Source: Octopus bimaculoides
Lineage: Eukaryota
Length of the DNA: 64,000 nucleotides
Direction: 5' to 3'
Assembly: GCF_001194135.2 (NCBI RefSeq)
Contig: NC_068986.1
Location: 2,755,062-2,819,061, forward strand
The notes beneath the pieces are model-generated. The model had not been told where the DNA came from, did not search any database, and saw only the letters and a program-made list of their open reading frames with translations. The translations under genes and the position numbers were made by a program. Of this stretch, positions 38,189-51,284 are shown in pieces. The first letter of the stretch is position 1; every line of letters starts with the position of its first letter.

Positions 38189-41100
38189 TAGCCGTGTCGT
38201 ATTTCTGCCCAATGATTGCAAAATGTTCTCAAATTCAAATCTCAACAAAGATTTTTAAAACAATATTATTTTTAAGAAAATGTGAATATCCAGTTCTTCA
38301 CCATACTTTCACATAGGGCCTGCTCAAGGCACCGGCAACTCAGGCGGTCGTACGTGGCACCATGTGTTAGGGGCCGCCAAAGAGTGCGTGACAAAGACAA
38401 AGAAATTTCCACGCCAAAGTTCAGCTTGCCCGGGGTGCCACCAACCCTAAGGCCGGTCCTGTTTTCACCTAGATATTCATGGCATTCATGTGAGCTCACA
38501 TCACTCCCAAGAGGGCGCAACTGCTCAGGTTAAGAACCACTGCGACAAAGTACGTCCAGTTGGGGCCAAGACAAAGTGAAGCACGTTATAACATATACAA
38601 CAAAAACCTACAAAACCACCCGCAAAACACGATTTACATTAGGGTAGACATCAGCGGTTAGGTTCGTCTTTGTTTCACAAATCAGTATCAACCAACTACA
38701 AAACCATTTAAACTACCACACTTTGAATTACTTAAGACTTCACACGACACATCAGCATTACATATCTATGCAATGAAACGTAATGCGTAATCGCATTAGC
38801 TCTATGCACGTAAACGGAGAGATTCGGGATAACAGGTATAAGCCCTAAAACTTCCCACGAATTTACAATCATTAATTCACTGAAGAATGCATTTCTCCTT
38901 TTAACTAATTTGTTACTTGAGTTCTTTCCCCGGAGCTATGTATACCTATATCCAAGGCCTTCTTAATTGCATTAATTGCCTCTGGGCAATTGTTGTATTT
39001 ATATACTGGTTTTACATTTTGGCACAAGGCCAGCAATTTCGGGGGAGGGGTAAGTTGATTGTATCGAACCTCAGTGCTCAACTGCTACTTATTTTATCGA
39101 CCTTGAAAGGATGAAAAACAAAGTTGACCTCGGTGGAATTTGAACTCAGAACTTAAAGATGGGTGAAATGCCACTAAGCATTTTGCCCGGCGTGCTTCCG
39201 ATTCTCGCAACTCACCATCTTATAATATATATTGATAGTAAGCCAAAACATACATAGATCAGAATTGGGCCTCTAGACTCGTGAGGCCCCTAGGTAACTG
39301 CCCATTGTTCCCATGCCTTAAGACAGTACTGTCTATATCCTCCATACACTTCTGTTATTTTCTCCATCACTCATAATGTGGACGTCTAGGATGGAGGGAT
39401 ATTAAACCATTATTTTTGCAGGCTCTCTATGACGGTGAGATCGATGTGGCTAACATGCCATCCGAATAATAATAATGCAGTGGTTCTCATGGCTTTTGAT
39501 TTTAACTAATTGGAAGTGTTAACATACATATTTTACTTTGGAGTAAAAAATGGGCTACAGCAAATATTCTGCTCAATACCATAGATTTGTTTGTGAGTTG
39601 CTTGACCTTACCCAGTTGAACATGTCCCTTGGTGGTCAACGGTATGTGCATCTCTAATCATGAGCACAGATACTAAGGGAGCTTCACAGCCATGTATTTA
39701 GAGGAATTATTTGGGGATTGACTAATGCACATCTGGAAACATGGGTGTTTCGTTCATCATCCTTAATCAACGTTTATTCAGGCACCTTTTGGGCGGGGTT
39801 GGCTACTCGACCTGAAAAAAATTCTAACAGGTTCCCCACCTGCAAAGCCATGTACTGTAAATCTTGAGATGAGGTCAACATGCCATGCATATATGATTGT
39901 GATGCATGTGCCTAGTGTGCCCTTATCAGGTGGGTTGTCATGGTGGGTATATTGGGCTTCGTATATTTGTACCCCAGCATCACTTTGATGGCATGCGCTG
40001 CTTTCTCACTCAATAACAATAATAATAATAATGATGATGATGATGATAATGGGAGTCGGAGAAATGTAAGATTTTGTTGGATGGCATCTCTTGGATGCTT
40101 GTCTCCCCTGGATCTGGCTTTTGAGCAAGTTGTGTGGTCAATTTGTTTGCATTATATTGTTTTTGTTCTGGGCATGATGCTCTTAGACTTGTGTGTTGAG
40201 GTAGTTCGTCATTGGGGCATATTTCTTCTGTGTGTGGACTTTGTGTACTATGTGTGTTCAGATTTCATGTTTAGGAAAGGGGCTATCCTAATGGGATTAC
40301 TGTCGCAGATAGTGGCTCTTCTTTGAAATATTTGAGTGTAAAATATTGCATGTGTATACAGTGAGAGAAAGTTTCATCTCTAATGTTTAGAATGTTATCT
40401 GTTGATTGTATAGTGTTTAATTTTTCAGAAATACAAAGTTCACATTTGGTACCCCGTCCTCTGTATTTTTTGGCTTTAGCAATAATTTTCCGTTCTACCT
40501 GTGGGTTGCTTATTCCACCTTCCCTACCATATTTGACAGGGATGTTGCATGTTTTTTAAAATTTATTTTAGTCTCTGAATGATGCCAGGTGTTGCGTATA
40601 CCTTTCCTTGAACAAGTTGCCCATCATTCCGATATACGTCTTTGCTATTCCGTTGGGGGCCGTAATCTTGGCCTTGAATACGAGTTTTTTTCTCGAGACA
40701 GTTGTTGTTGAGAGGGCAGCGGTTTAAGTTCAATCGCAGAAAGGAATTCAAAACGGCAACACATATACATACACACATACCCATACATGCACACACTCAA
40801 ATACATACCTATCAGCCACTTCTCAAAGCCAATTTGATCCAAAATTCTGACCACCATTCTTTATATATTTGCACACAAACACACACACGTACGTACACAT
40901 TCAGCTTTTCGCTTTTATTCATTACTTTATTCTTTTAATCGTCTGTCACTATTCATCTATTTTCAGTTTTTGTTTTTGAGGTTTCATTTTAGCGACACCA
41001 GTTACACATGGTACCAGGAATTTGCTTGGTATCGTCAAAGTGGAAAAAGTGTTTTTAAGTTTTCGAAAATTTGAAACAAAAAGGCAGAGATATTTTCATA

Positions 41101-41267
41101 GAGATGTGAAAATATGGCCACTACTTGTTAATTTCAAATTGAACTTACCAAAGATGTGGGTCTTCCAGCGTCACGTAGTGCCCCAAGTCTCTTAACGCCC
41201 CCCCCCCATAGTACCCCTTTGCTCCAAATAGTCCCCGTTGAGAACCTTTGGTGTAAAGTATAGCCAT

Positions 41268-41490
41268 CACTGTGAAGGCTTAGTGGTTAGAGTGTTGGAC
41301 TCATGGTCGTAAGATTGTGGTTTCGATTCCTGGGCGATGCGTTGTGTTCTTAAACAAAATACTTCATTTCTCTTTGCTCCAGTCCACCCAGCTGGTAATA
41401 ATGAGTAATCCTGTAACGGACTAGCGTCACATCCAGGGAGGAATATATACATCGGAGAAACTGAGAAACGAGAAACCGGCCCTATGCTGT
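41268..41490 (+). mobile_element. tRNA-derived SINE
   Basis: ggcttagtggttagagtgttggactc...ggtttcgattcctgg head followed by SINE body ttcatttctctttgctccagtccacccagctg. Confidence 0.7.
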
Positions 41491-41636
41491 TTACGGAGTA
41501 ATGTGGACTAACTCCCATCGCCGGTGAATCTGACTTCTTCTCATGAACCATGTCTTTGCTAATTGTTTTTGGCACCCTCATAACCCCTTTCCAGTCTTTA
41601 CCTGGCCGAATATCGTGGATGTGACGACTGGATGAA

Positions 41637-41658
41637 GAGAGAGAGAGAAAGAAAGAGA

Positions 41659-41697
<39 letters not shown>
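41637..41697. repeat. (GA)n microsatellite at a gap edge
   Basis: Direct reading; similar at 57191-57230. Confidence 0.95.
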
Positions 41698-42314
41698 NNN
41701 NNNNNNNNNNNNNNNNNNNNNNNNNNNNNNNNNNNNNNNNNNNNNNNNNNNNNNNNNNNNNNNNNNNNNNNNNNNNNNNNNNNNNNNNNNNNNNNNNNNN
41801 NNNNNNNNNNNNNNNNNNNNNNNNNNNNNNNNNNNNNNNNNNNNNNNNNNNNNNNNNNNNNNNNNNNNNNNNNNNNNNNNNNNNNNNNNNNNNNNNNNNN
41901 NNNNNNNNNNNNNNNNNNNNNNNNNNNNNNNNNNNNNNNNNNNNNNNNNNNNNNNNNNNNNNNNNNNNNNNNNNNNNNNNNNNNNNNNNNNNNNNNNNNN
42001 NNNNNNNNNNNNNNNNNNNNNNNNNNNNNNNNNNNNNNNNNNNNNNNNNNNNNNNNNNNNNNNNNNNNNNNNNNNNNNNNNNNNNNNNNNNNNNNNNNNN
42101 NNNNNNNNNNNNNNNNNNNNNNNNNNNNNNNNNNNNNNNNNNNNNNNNNNNNNNNNNNNNNNNNNNNNNNNNNNNNNNNNNNNNNNNNNNNNNNNNNNNN
42201 NNNNNNNNNNNNNNNNNNNNNNNNNNNNNNNNNNNNNNNNNNNNNNNNNNNNNNNNNNNNNNNNNNNNNATTAGTGAAGGACTTATTTGAAATGGATAAT
42301 TAAAAGCAAAAGGC

Positions 42315-42535
42315 TGTGAGCTGGCAGAGACGTTAGCACGCCAGGTGAAATGCTCAGCGGTATTTCGTCTGCCGCTACGTTCTGAGTTCAAATTCCGCCG
42401 AGGTCGACTTTGCCTTTCATCCTTTCGAGGTCGATAAATTAAGTACCAGTTGCGTTCGGGAGTCGATCTAATCGACTGGCTGGCTGGCTCCCTCCCCACA
42501 AATTCCGGGCCTTGTGCCTACAGTAGAAAAGAATA
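42315..42535 (-). repeat. Family A copy, CpG-intact
   Basis: acgttctgagttcaaattccgccgaggtcgactttgcctttcatcc; further CpG-rich copies at about 46270-46400, 55895-56065, 60500-60700. Confidence 0.8.
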
Positions 42536-42579
42536 ATTAAAAGAAAATAACAATTTAATAATGGTTGTTAAAAATCCGT

Positions 42580-42585
42580 TTTATT
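42580..42585 (-). terminator. Polyadenylation signal of the secreted-protein gene
   Basis: AATAAA on the - strand about 50 nt past the stop codon; AT-rich context makes chance matches possible. Confidence 0.5.
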
Positions 42586-42633
42586 TAAGCTATTAAATAA
42601 ACATAAGATTTATCTCCTAAAAAAACTTCTTCT

Positions 42634-42828
42634 CTAAGAATCACTGAACATACTTTGGGCTGTTTTTAATGCTTTCTCTCTTACAACTGCATTTAAACCG
42701 TCTATTACGAGGTTCTGTGGTCTGAAAACTATTGATTCGAACGAACCTCTAACTCCACTTGTCGATTGAACATCTCTTACTGGATCTGACGAACTTGTTT
42801 TTGTAGCAAAGATCTGGATACGGAAAAG
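42634..42828 (-). CDS. Secreted-protein gene exon 5 (last coding exon; absent from the ORF track)
   Basis: Poly-T tract + ctag| acceptor; hand translation LFRIQIFATKTSSSDPVRDVQSTSGVRGSFESIVFRPQNLVIDGLNAVVREKALKTAQSMFSDS*, TAG at 42634-42636. Confidence 0.8.
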   Translation of the reverse strand, partial: LFRIQIFATKTSSSDPVRDVQSTSGVRGSFESIVFRPQNLVIDGLNAVVREKALKTAQSMFSDS

Positions 42829-42919
42829 CTAGAAAAAAAAAAATTATGTAAGAAAATTTAATATTAATATACAGTCAAAGCACAATTGTCGTAGCACTGA
42901 AATATAATCTTGAAACGAA

Positions 42920-43100
42920 CACGCTGCCACCACCACCACCATCTCACAGTCATCGTTATCGTCGACGTCGTCGTCGTCATCCTCCTCTTGCTCGTTCCTG
43001 TTCTACTTCCTCCTACTGCTGCTGCGCCTCCTCTTCATCATCATCATCATCATCATCGTCGTCGTCACCATCATCATCATCATTATCACCAACAATAACG
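42920..43100. repeat. Compound trinucleotide (CAC/GTC/CAT) low-complexity tract
   Basis: Direct reading; source of spurious poly-His ORFs. Confidence 0.9.
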
Positions 43101-43463
43101 TTATTAACACAAAAATTTCAACCACCAAATATCGCATTACAATCATAAAAAGGAATAAATTACCAAATAAAGTTATTCTATCTTTCGCAATATCCACGCG
43201 GATATAATTGAGGAAATATTTTTACACAGTACAGAAAATCTAATATCCCTAATTAATCTCGGATGAGGTTTAACAGACCCTGTCGCTATAAAAGAGGCCT
43301 CATAACATACTTAAAAAAAAGTCATGTAATGGTTATTTGATAAGTTAATAACTTATGATACCAAACCAGAAAAGCAGACATTCAAAATAAAACTGGCAAT
43401 AACAAGACGTTATAATAAACACGCACACACAGGCACACAACTACACACAAGAATACACATATG

Positions 43464-43464
<1 letters not shown>

Positions 43465-43530
<66 letters not shown>
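43465..43530. repeat. (CA)n microsatellite at a gap edge
   Basis: Direct reading; similar at 53930-53970, 58665-58845, 59745-59800, 63785-63890. Confidence 0.95.
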
Positions 43531-43897
43531 NNNNNNNNNNNNNNNNNNNNNNNNNNNNNNNNNNNNNNNNNNNNNNNNNNNNNNNNNNNNNNNNNNNNNN
43601 NNNNNNNNNNNNNNNNNNNNNNNNNNNNNNNNNNNNNNNNNNNNNNNNNNNNNNNNNNNNNNNNNNNNNNNNNNNNNNNNNNNNNNNNNNNNNNNNNNNN
43701 NNNNNNNNNNNNNNNNNNNNNNNNNNNNNNNNNNNNNNNNNNNNNNNNNNNNNNNNNNNNNNNNNNNNNNNNNNNNNNNNNNNNNNNNNNNNNNNNNNNN
43801 NNNNNNNNNNNNNNNNNNNNNNNNNNNNCCTTTCTTGTATCACCTAACTGTCTGGATGTTTTGTGTTCTTGTCCCATTCTGTATTATATATATATAT

Positions 43898-43988
43898 ACG
43901 AGACCTATCGCTGGTGTCGTACGAAAGCTGCATCTGTCTACTTCAAATTTGATTGAATAAATAAATTTGAAATCGAATTTGTACTTTC
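43898..43988 (+). repeat. 91-bp exact direct repeat, copy 1
   Basis: acgagacctatcgctggtgtcgtacgaaagc...aatcgaatttgtactttc identical to 46528-46618. Confidence 0.9.
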
Positions 43989-44349
43989 CGTATTCCCGAG
44001 CGTCATACTAATATATACTTTTGTTATTTACACCACCTGTCCTCGTCTGTTGTTATTTTTTGTATATTCTCCCATATATATATATATATATATAGTGGCC
44101 TACGTACACTTTGTCTCTTATATGTAAGTATACATTTTTCTAAATCTTGTACGACTCCATTTCTGTCTATCAGCCCCTTCACCCATATTCGTTCATTCCA
44201 TTCTTCGTTCTTTCGTTCCCCCTCGCTCACATTTTCTTGCCTTCTCTTCTTGCTCACTTTCCCTCCACTTTTCACTTCACTGTGTCTCTGTCATTTTTCT
44301 CGCCCCTCCTTAATTCTTTTGTCCCTCTGCCTCTACTTCTCTCTCTTCT

Positions 44350-44900
44350 CTTCCTACGTGACCGGTGTTCGGCCAAGCCTGATCTTTCTTTCTTAGGCGG
44401 CCGTTGTGCGTGCAACATCGATATTTCTCCCTGTGCGGAAAGCAAGCTGAGACAAGACATCTTGGTAATCCACTGCAATCCTTAGTCATTTTGATCTGGT
44501 TTTGCCAATTGATTGGAGATGGTTACTGACGAGAGAATGAGGTTGGCTGTTTGCATCTTTTTTCTTTAAACAAAGTCACGATGCAAGCCATCAGTCATCC
44601 TTAAGAATGACTAGATGGTCCTCGTCGCTGCGACAGATGTACATGGTGGATCTTTTTTACTTCTACTATAGTGGTTTCTGCTCCTCAGAGGTGAATGTCC
44701 TTGTGTCACCTCGACTCAGGTATTTCCCACCCACTCGTCAGTCCTACTACGTTTACCCTCTCGATTTCCCAGCCCCTCCCTCACAAACCACTTCACCTAG
44801 CCTTTCCTACACACGACATCAACCTTCAGGAATTCCTCCTCTGTCTATGTTTACCACTCTTCCTCCATCAGCTTGCAGCTGTTTAACATGACGATCTCAC
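44350..44900 (-). mobile_element. Possible highly decayed L1/Tx1-like LINE 3' fragment
   Basis: GC-richer than flanks, broken frames with faint resemblance to LINE ORF2 C-terminal zinc-knuckle region; weak. Confidence 0.3.
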
Positions 44901-45052
44901 ACATCTTGGAGGTTTGGCAAAGTTTAGGAACACAACCCTCTCCTCATCACCAAACCGTAACAAAAATTACCAACAAAAACAAAAACAGAACAGAACAGAA
45001 ACAAAACAGGAACAATAGTATATTACAGTAATAAGCTTTAAAAACTTTTTAC

Positions 45053-45283
45053 CTTGAAGTAACTCTGTTTTGAATCTGGGTACCGGATGACACTCAAATC
45101 AACGATTGCGCTTTGAACGTAAGGTTTATTGACCAACATGCCTTCAAATCGCTGAAAGTGATCGAAAGCTGCATTGGTTGCCGCGACAATATTCTTGAAG
45201 TCAATTTTGTTAAAGGTTGTATCTTTTAAGGCTTCATCGTCTTTGATAAGTGTGTCCTTAATCCATGTTGTAATTAAATCATA
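45053..45283 (-). CDS. Secreted-protein gene exon 4
   Basis: tttttttccag| ... aag|gtaaaa; YDLITTWIKDTLIKDDEALKDTTFNKIDFKNIVAATNAAFDHFQRFEGMLVNKPYVQSAIVDLSVIRYPDSKQSYFK; 231 nt. Confidence 0.87.
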
Positions 45284-45830
45284 CTGGAAAAAAAAAAGGA
45301 AAGGATTTATACTCAGTAACTTTATTTCAATATACACTGGATGTTAATGTTACGATTAATGTAAGGAGCTGGTATCATCGTTATCGTGCCGGGTAAAATG
45401 CTTATAAGTACCAGTTGAAGGAGGGGAACTGACACGTTAGCACGTCGGGCAAAATGCTTAGTCGCATTTCGTCCATCTTTACGTTCTGCGTTCAACTTCT
45501 GCTAACGTCGACTTTGGCTTTCATTCTTTTGGGGACGATAAAATTAATGCCAGTTAAGCAGCCCGAACTTGCTGGGCTTGTGCCAAAATTTGAAAGCAAT
45601 ATTATGGTTACGGTTTTCTGATTTTTGTGCAAGGTCATCAATTTTGAGAGGAAAGGTTAGTCGATATCATCAACCTCAGTACTTGACTGGTATTTTATTT
45701 TATCGACCCCCGAAAGGATGAAAGGCAAAGTTAATCTCTTGGAATTTGAACTCAGAGCATAAAGAACCATAACCAATGCCGCAAAATACTTTTTCTATAG
45801 TTTTAACGATTCAGCCAGTTAAATATCAAA

Positions 45831-46250
45831 GGTAACTGTTCAGTTTAGTGATATCAAAAAGTAAATAAAAATTAAGGGGGAGATAACTAGCAAAGGGACA
45901 TACATAAGTCAACATATATATTGGATATCATTTACTTTGGAATTGATCGGAATGGCACGTGGAAAACCAGCGGGACCGTAATTCATTGTTCTTGAAATTG
46001 AAATCCTCAACTGTGAATCAATCTTGGAATATCATCCAATTAGCCGAATCATGAGACAAGATTCTTCAGTGGTTGGCACGGCGTCGACTAATTATGAATT
46101 TATACACGTGCGAAAATTGTAATTCGCCATGTTACCCTACTACAGTTTTTATTGCTTAACAGTAAGTTGACTTATGTATGTCCTTTTACAAGTTATTTCC
46201 CCCTTAAATTTTATTTACTTTTTTAAATTTCACTAAACTGAACAATTACC
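45831..46250. mobile_element. MITE-like element with about 83-bp imperfect terminal inverted repeats
   Basis: ggtaactgttcagtttagtga...catacataagtcaac (45831-45913) is the reverse complement of gttgacttatgtatg...cactaaactgaacaattacc (46166-46250). Confidence 0.7.
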
Positions 46251-46527
46251 AATATCAAATACTGTTTTAAGGCGGCGAGCCTACAGAATCATCAGCGCAC
46301 CGAGCAAAATGCTCAATGGCATTTCGCCCGTCTTTACGTTAAAAGTTCGAATACCACCGAGGTCGACTTTGCCTTTCATCCTTTCGAGGTCGATAAAATA
46401 AGAATAAAATAAGATGAAATTATCGGCTGTGTATGTAGTTGAATCATTTATTTAAAAAATTAACAAAAATTAAAATTGTTAAAATCACAATAAAGACTCA
46501 CCCCCCCCCNNNNNNNNNNNNNNNTGC

Positions 46528-46618
46528 ACGAGACCTATCGCTGGTGTCGTACGAAAGCTGCATCTGTCTACTTCAAATTTGATTGAATAAATAAATTTGA
46601 AATCGAATTTGTACTTTC
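46528..46618 (+). repeat. 91-bp exact direct repeat, copy 2
   Basis: Identical to 43898-43988; starts 3 nt after an N gap. Confidence 0.9.
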
Positions 46619-46849
46619 TAAAGGCTAAAAAGATTTGCAGGAAAGCAAAACATTAAACACACTTAAAAATAAGAATCTATTTTTGAAGTTAAAATAAAAT
46701 TGAAAAGAAAAGAAAAGAGGAACAAATCGTCTCATAAAGCATTCTTTTGGGACGAGTCCTGGTATTCCGACATAGACATAGATATTACTATCATATGTAG
46801 ATATATGAACGTTAGACAGATATTACTAGCTCAAATCTTCGCACTCATA

Positions 46850-47296
46850 GGGTCGGTCAGCGAAATTTTTTTCCCACGTGAGTTCCGGACTCCATAATGA
46901 ACTCATTTGCATACAACCAATCAGAGCTCACCTTGAAAATCCACATACTGTGTACTACTACAGTACAGCCAATCAGGCATAGAATGGTGTATGCCATTCT
47001 GTGAATACAGCATAGCAGGTCTCACATAGGCACCACATTCCTCTATATTGGTAACACTTATTGCATCACCGGGGAGCAGCTCTCCATTCACCTTATACAC
47101 TAAATTTCACATTTGTCACCCCTATTAACCCGTTTAGAACAGTTGGTTTTTGTTATAACGCACATTTTCCACTGAACTCAGCCAGAGTATTTTAGTGATT
47201 AGGTGGACACTAGTTTGATAGTTGAGCTCTGATTAGCTGTAAGCAAATGAGATCCGGAAACTCGTGGGGAAAAAAAAAATTCGCAGTCGGTTACCC
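46850..47296. mobile_element. Inverted-repeat element, copy 1 (octamer + CCAAT in the arms)
   Basis: Arms about 46850-46932 and 47221-47296 are imperfect reverse complements and match the arms at 54493-55055. Confidence 0.65.
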
Positions 47297-47754
47297 GGTT
47301 TCCATGGCGTATAATTAGCCAAGAAAAGAACATTCTCTTTGAACGGGGCGCCACAAGAGTGAACTGCAGCAACGTGAAATGAAGTATTTTGCTCAAGAAC
47401 TCAAAGCACCGTCTGGTCCGGTGTTCGTGAGAGCAAAATCCTAACCACTAGGCCATGCGTCTTCTGAAAATCGGAATGTCTGGACACTCTACTTCTGATC
47501 AAAGACATTTAATATGTGACTATTTTTGTTGAGATCCATTTTTGAATTTTATGTTTTACATATTCAGAGTTTTGTCTTATGTCCAAGTGGTAAATGGCAT
47601 CTAGGTTTTGTTGGATCGTGTATGAATTGTTGTTCGTCAGGTTATTATTAGGTATCACTTTAATATCATTTACTTAGCTGCTTTGTGTGTATCACTTTAA
47701 TATCGTCTGCTTAGTTGCTTTGTGCGAACGATTGTAGAATATTTTGTCTGTGTG

Positions 47755-48215
47755 TAAGGCGGCGAGCTGGCAGAAACGTTGGCACGCCGGGCGAAATGCT
47801 TGGCGGTATTTCGTCTGTCTTTACGTTCTGAGTTCAAATTCCACCGAGGTCGACTTTGCCTTTCATCCTTTCGGGGTCGATTAAATAAGTACCAGTTACG
47901 CCCTGGAGTCGACATAATCGGCTTAATCCCTTTGTCTGTCCTTGTTTGTCCCTCTATGTTTAGCCCCTTGTGGGCAATAAAGAAATAAGAAACGTTGGCA
48001 CGCCGGGCGAAATGCTTAGCGATATTTCGTCTGCCGCTACGTTCTGAGTTCAAATTCCGCCGAGGTCGACTTTGCCTTTTATCCTTTCGGGGTCGATTAA
48101 ATAAGTACCAGTTACGCCCTGGGGTCGATATAATCGACTTAATCCCTTTGTCTGTCCTTGTTTGTCCCCTCTGTGTGTAGCCCCTTGTGGGCAGTAAAGA
48201 AATAAGAATCGTTAG
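47755..48215 (-). repeat. Tandem near-identical family A-related units
   Basis: aaacgttggcacgccgggcgaaatgctt...gccccttgtgggca.taaagaaataag repeated at about 47775 and about 47991. Confidence 0.85.
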
Positions 48216-49859
48216 CACGTCGAGCAAAATATATTTGCGGCATTTCGTCTGCCTTCATGCTCTGATTCAAATACCACTGAGCTTGACTTTGACTTTCATC
48301 CTTTCACGGTCGATTGAACACTGAGGTCGATGTAATCGACTTTGCTCCTCTCCCGAAATTGCTGGCCTTGTGCCAAAATTTGAAATCAATATTTTGTCTG
48401 TGTGTAACAATATTAAGAGGAAGAAAGAAGTGTCCAGAATGGTATGTTGAAATACTCCGCAATATTACTTTTCGGACAGGGCGCCGATAGCTACTACAAT
48501 TTTTTCTTCGGTCTTTCAGGTACTCAGAGACCCCAATGCGCTGGCTTAACAGGTAACCCGAGACCTCACTGTACCAAAGTTTTTCAGCGTGCAATATAAA
48601 ATTCCACGGCCAACCTTGTAACAGGACTTGGTGAAATCAGGTTATACACAGTCAAACGTTGGTCCACCTTTCATAATTCATATATGTGCGTGTTTACGTA
48701 TACATACATTTATACATACGTACATGTATGTATGTATACACACACACACACACACACACACATACATGAATTCTGAAAGGTGGCCCAAGGTTTGACTGGG
48801 TATAACTTGATTTCACCAAGGCCCTTTTACAAAGTTAAATAATGTATCGATGGATACTTTCATTCGTTTGTTCACTTCTCCTGTTTAGTGTGTACATGTG
48901 TGAATGTGTGTTCATATTTGTGTATGTGTGTGTGTGTGTGTAAGTATTCTGCCCATAGCTTAAAAGGTGATTTTAAGCGCTCCGTTTTTTTTTGTATCTC
49001 TTCGATTACATAGATAATACTATATATACCAAACTGGTTAAACGTCCACCTCATGCACAATGCTGAAATTTCTACTAAATAGATAAAACTGAAATTTATG
49101 TAGGAAAATTGAAAACCGATTAAATTGATTCAACGTTACACCAATAATGCCTTGGTTTCGTTTTAACATCATAAATCGGAGACCTGAATTAACCATGGCT
49201 AGTTTTATTAAATATAAACGAAATTGAAACCTACAAATAGTATGTATGTATGTATGTAATTATTCAGTTCTTTTTCAAGATTTCTTGCCAATAAAGCAAG
49301 ACCCGGTTTCTAACCCAGATCCAAGGCTCCTTCATTGGAATTTCAACATCAACAGGCTATTATTGTATGTGTACGTGCAGATTTGTATGTTTTGTTTTAT
49401 GTAAATCTTCTCATGCATATACAAGCATACCTGGACCTGCTCATATACACTTAAATGGTAAACTTCTAGAAAGTTTTACAGATTTTTACAGTTCCAGCGA
49501 TGGCTTGGATTTGTAGTCATCGAATCAGCTTTCTCGTTTCTGGTTTTGAGAAGGCTAATTTCCCAAGATTGGTATTTAGGCAGTGTTACATATCTCTGAA
49601 TGTATGTGTGTATGTATGTGTATGTATGTACGTGTGTATATGTGTGTGTGTGTATGTATCTCTTGTTTTTAATTATTTAAATCCTTCTTTTGAAGAAGAA
49701 GCTGATTTCTAAGAAAGACACAAAGTTCCATTGTTGGAATGTAGATAACGAAAGCAATGTCACATTTTAAACCTGAGAAAAGTCTTGCATAGTTCTGTTG
49801 TTCCGCTTACAGATTGTATTTGTAATGTACGAGTCAGTTGGTTGATTTCTGTACCTGAA

Positions 49860-50630
49860 AATCCAAGCTTATCCAAGCTTATCCAAGCCGTCAGTTAGGC
49901 ATTTACTTACGAAATCAAATGCATCAATTATTATTGGTATGAATGTAAATTTGTAATCCGGATATAAAAGCGGGAGGTTTCGAAACAGTTGTTCATGGTT
50001 ATCGTCTTTCTCTTTGATTTTCAAAGAGATCTTTACATCAACAGGACAGCTGATCTCTATGACAGTACATGCTTTTTCTTGTCTGTCCCAAACAACAATG
50101 GTCGACCTTTTATGCTTACATTTGATAGCCATTTTGATGAGAATGTTCCACCAGTACTTCTTGCGCTGATATTTGTGTATATATTCAATAACAGGGTGAT
50201 TCTCTATATTTATTCCAGGACAGTTTTTTTTCCGGATGGTATCAAATATTGTTTTTGCGACAATGTCGTATCGCATAAGGAGGTAGTACTTTGATGACAT
50301 TTTTGGGCAGCTGCTAATGTGTGATGTCTTCCACAGAAATATCACATAATGTACATTTTCGGTTGCATCTTGGAACTCCAAGGACTGCTCCATCTCTTTT
50401 GTTTATTAGGCATTTAGCAAACTTCTGTTCTTGGATTGCAAATGCATAGTTTTCGAAATGTGATGTAGCGGTCACAGGTCCAAGAGAGACTTCGCTTCAT
50501 ATCAATGTTATTGATTTTTAAGATCATCGGGAAACATACCATACCCATGCATGGTCTTTTTGCTTTTGGTATGCTGAGCGTTTTACATCCAGGTCTTCTT
50601 TGGGGTATGCTAGTCCGGCTGATTTGCGGT
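49860..50630 (-). mobile_element. R4/NeSL-type non-LTR retrotransposon fragment (CCHC knuckle + restriction-like endonuclease)
   Basis: HISSCPKMSSKYYL.RYDIVAK...KCKHKRSTIVVWDRQEKACTVIEISCPVDVKISLKIKEKDDN: decayed RHD / PD(D/E)xK RLE motifs. Confidence 0.75.
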
Positions 50631-51284
50631 TGTATGTATGTATGTATGTATGTATGTATGTATGTATGTATGTATGTATGTGTGCAGATTTGTATATTTC
50701 GTTTTATGTAAATCTTCTCATGCATATCTAGACATGCTCATATATGCTTAAATGATAAACTTCCAGACAGTTTTACAGGTTTTTACAGTTCCACTGATGG
50801 ATTGGATCTGTAGTCTTTGAATCAGCTTTCTCCTTTCTTGTTTTGAGAAGCCTAATTTCTTAAGATTGGTATTTAGGCAGTGTGTTACACATTCCAGTGC
50901 CCCAGTAATTACAGGTATAAACCTGATCTTGTAATCTTCATAGAGTAACTATAGATTTCAGCGTAGGTATTCTCACTGATCTTCAGCTGATTTTCATAAC
51001 TGTACACAGTTTCTCTTCTCTACTATAAGTAATTTTATCAGGTCTATTTTGTTTACGTTTTATTGAGGTCTTCAATGGGACATTCCACCACTACTCCTTT
51101 TTATTATGAGTGGCTATGGCTTCCACCATACTGTAGGATCTTATTTTTTTGTATGTATGTATGTATGTATGTATGTATGTATGTATGTTCTGTTTTATTT
51201 GGCGTCACGTATTGAACTTAAGAAAAGTTTTGGATATTTTCGCTGTTCTGCTTATATATTGTATCTGTAATATGCGTGTTAACT

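Noticed and set aside
40563-40700. Open frame RIQGQDYGPQRNSKDVYRNDGQLVQGKVYATPGIIQRLK as a sixth exon of the secreted-protein gene
   Set aside because: Poor purine-rich acceptor, and exon 5 reads naturally to its own stop (42634) followed by AATAAA
42910-43197. Poly-His and poly-Met ORFs
   Set aside because: Translations of trinucleotide microsatellites
47755-48215. Repeated units that might suggest a CRISPR-like array
   Set aside because: Units are over 200 bp tandem SINE copies with no unique spacers; eukaryotic context and no cas genes
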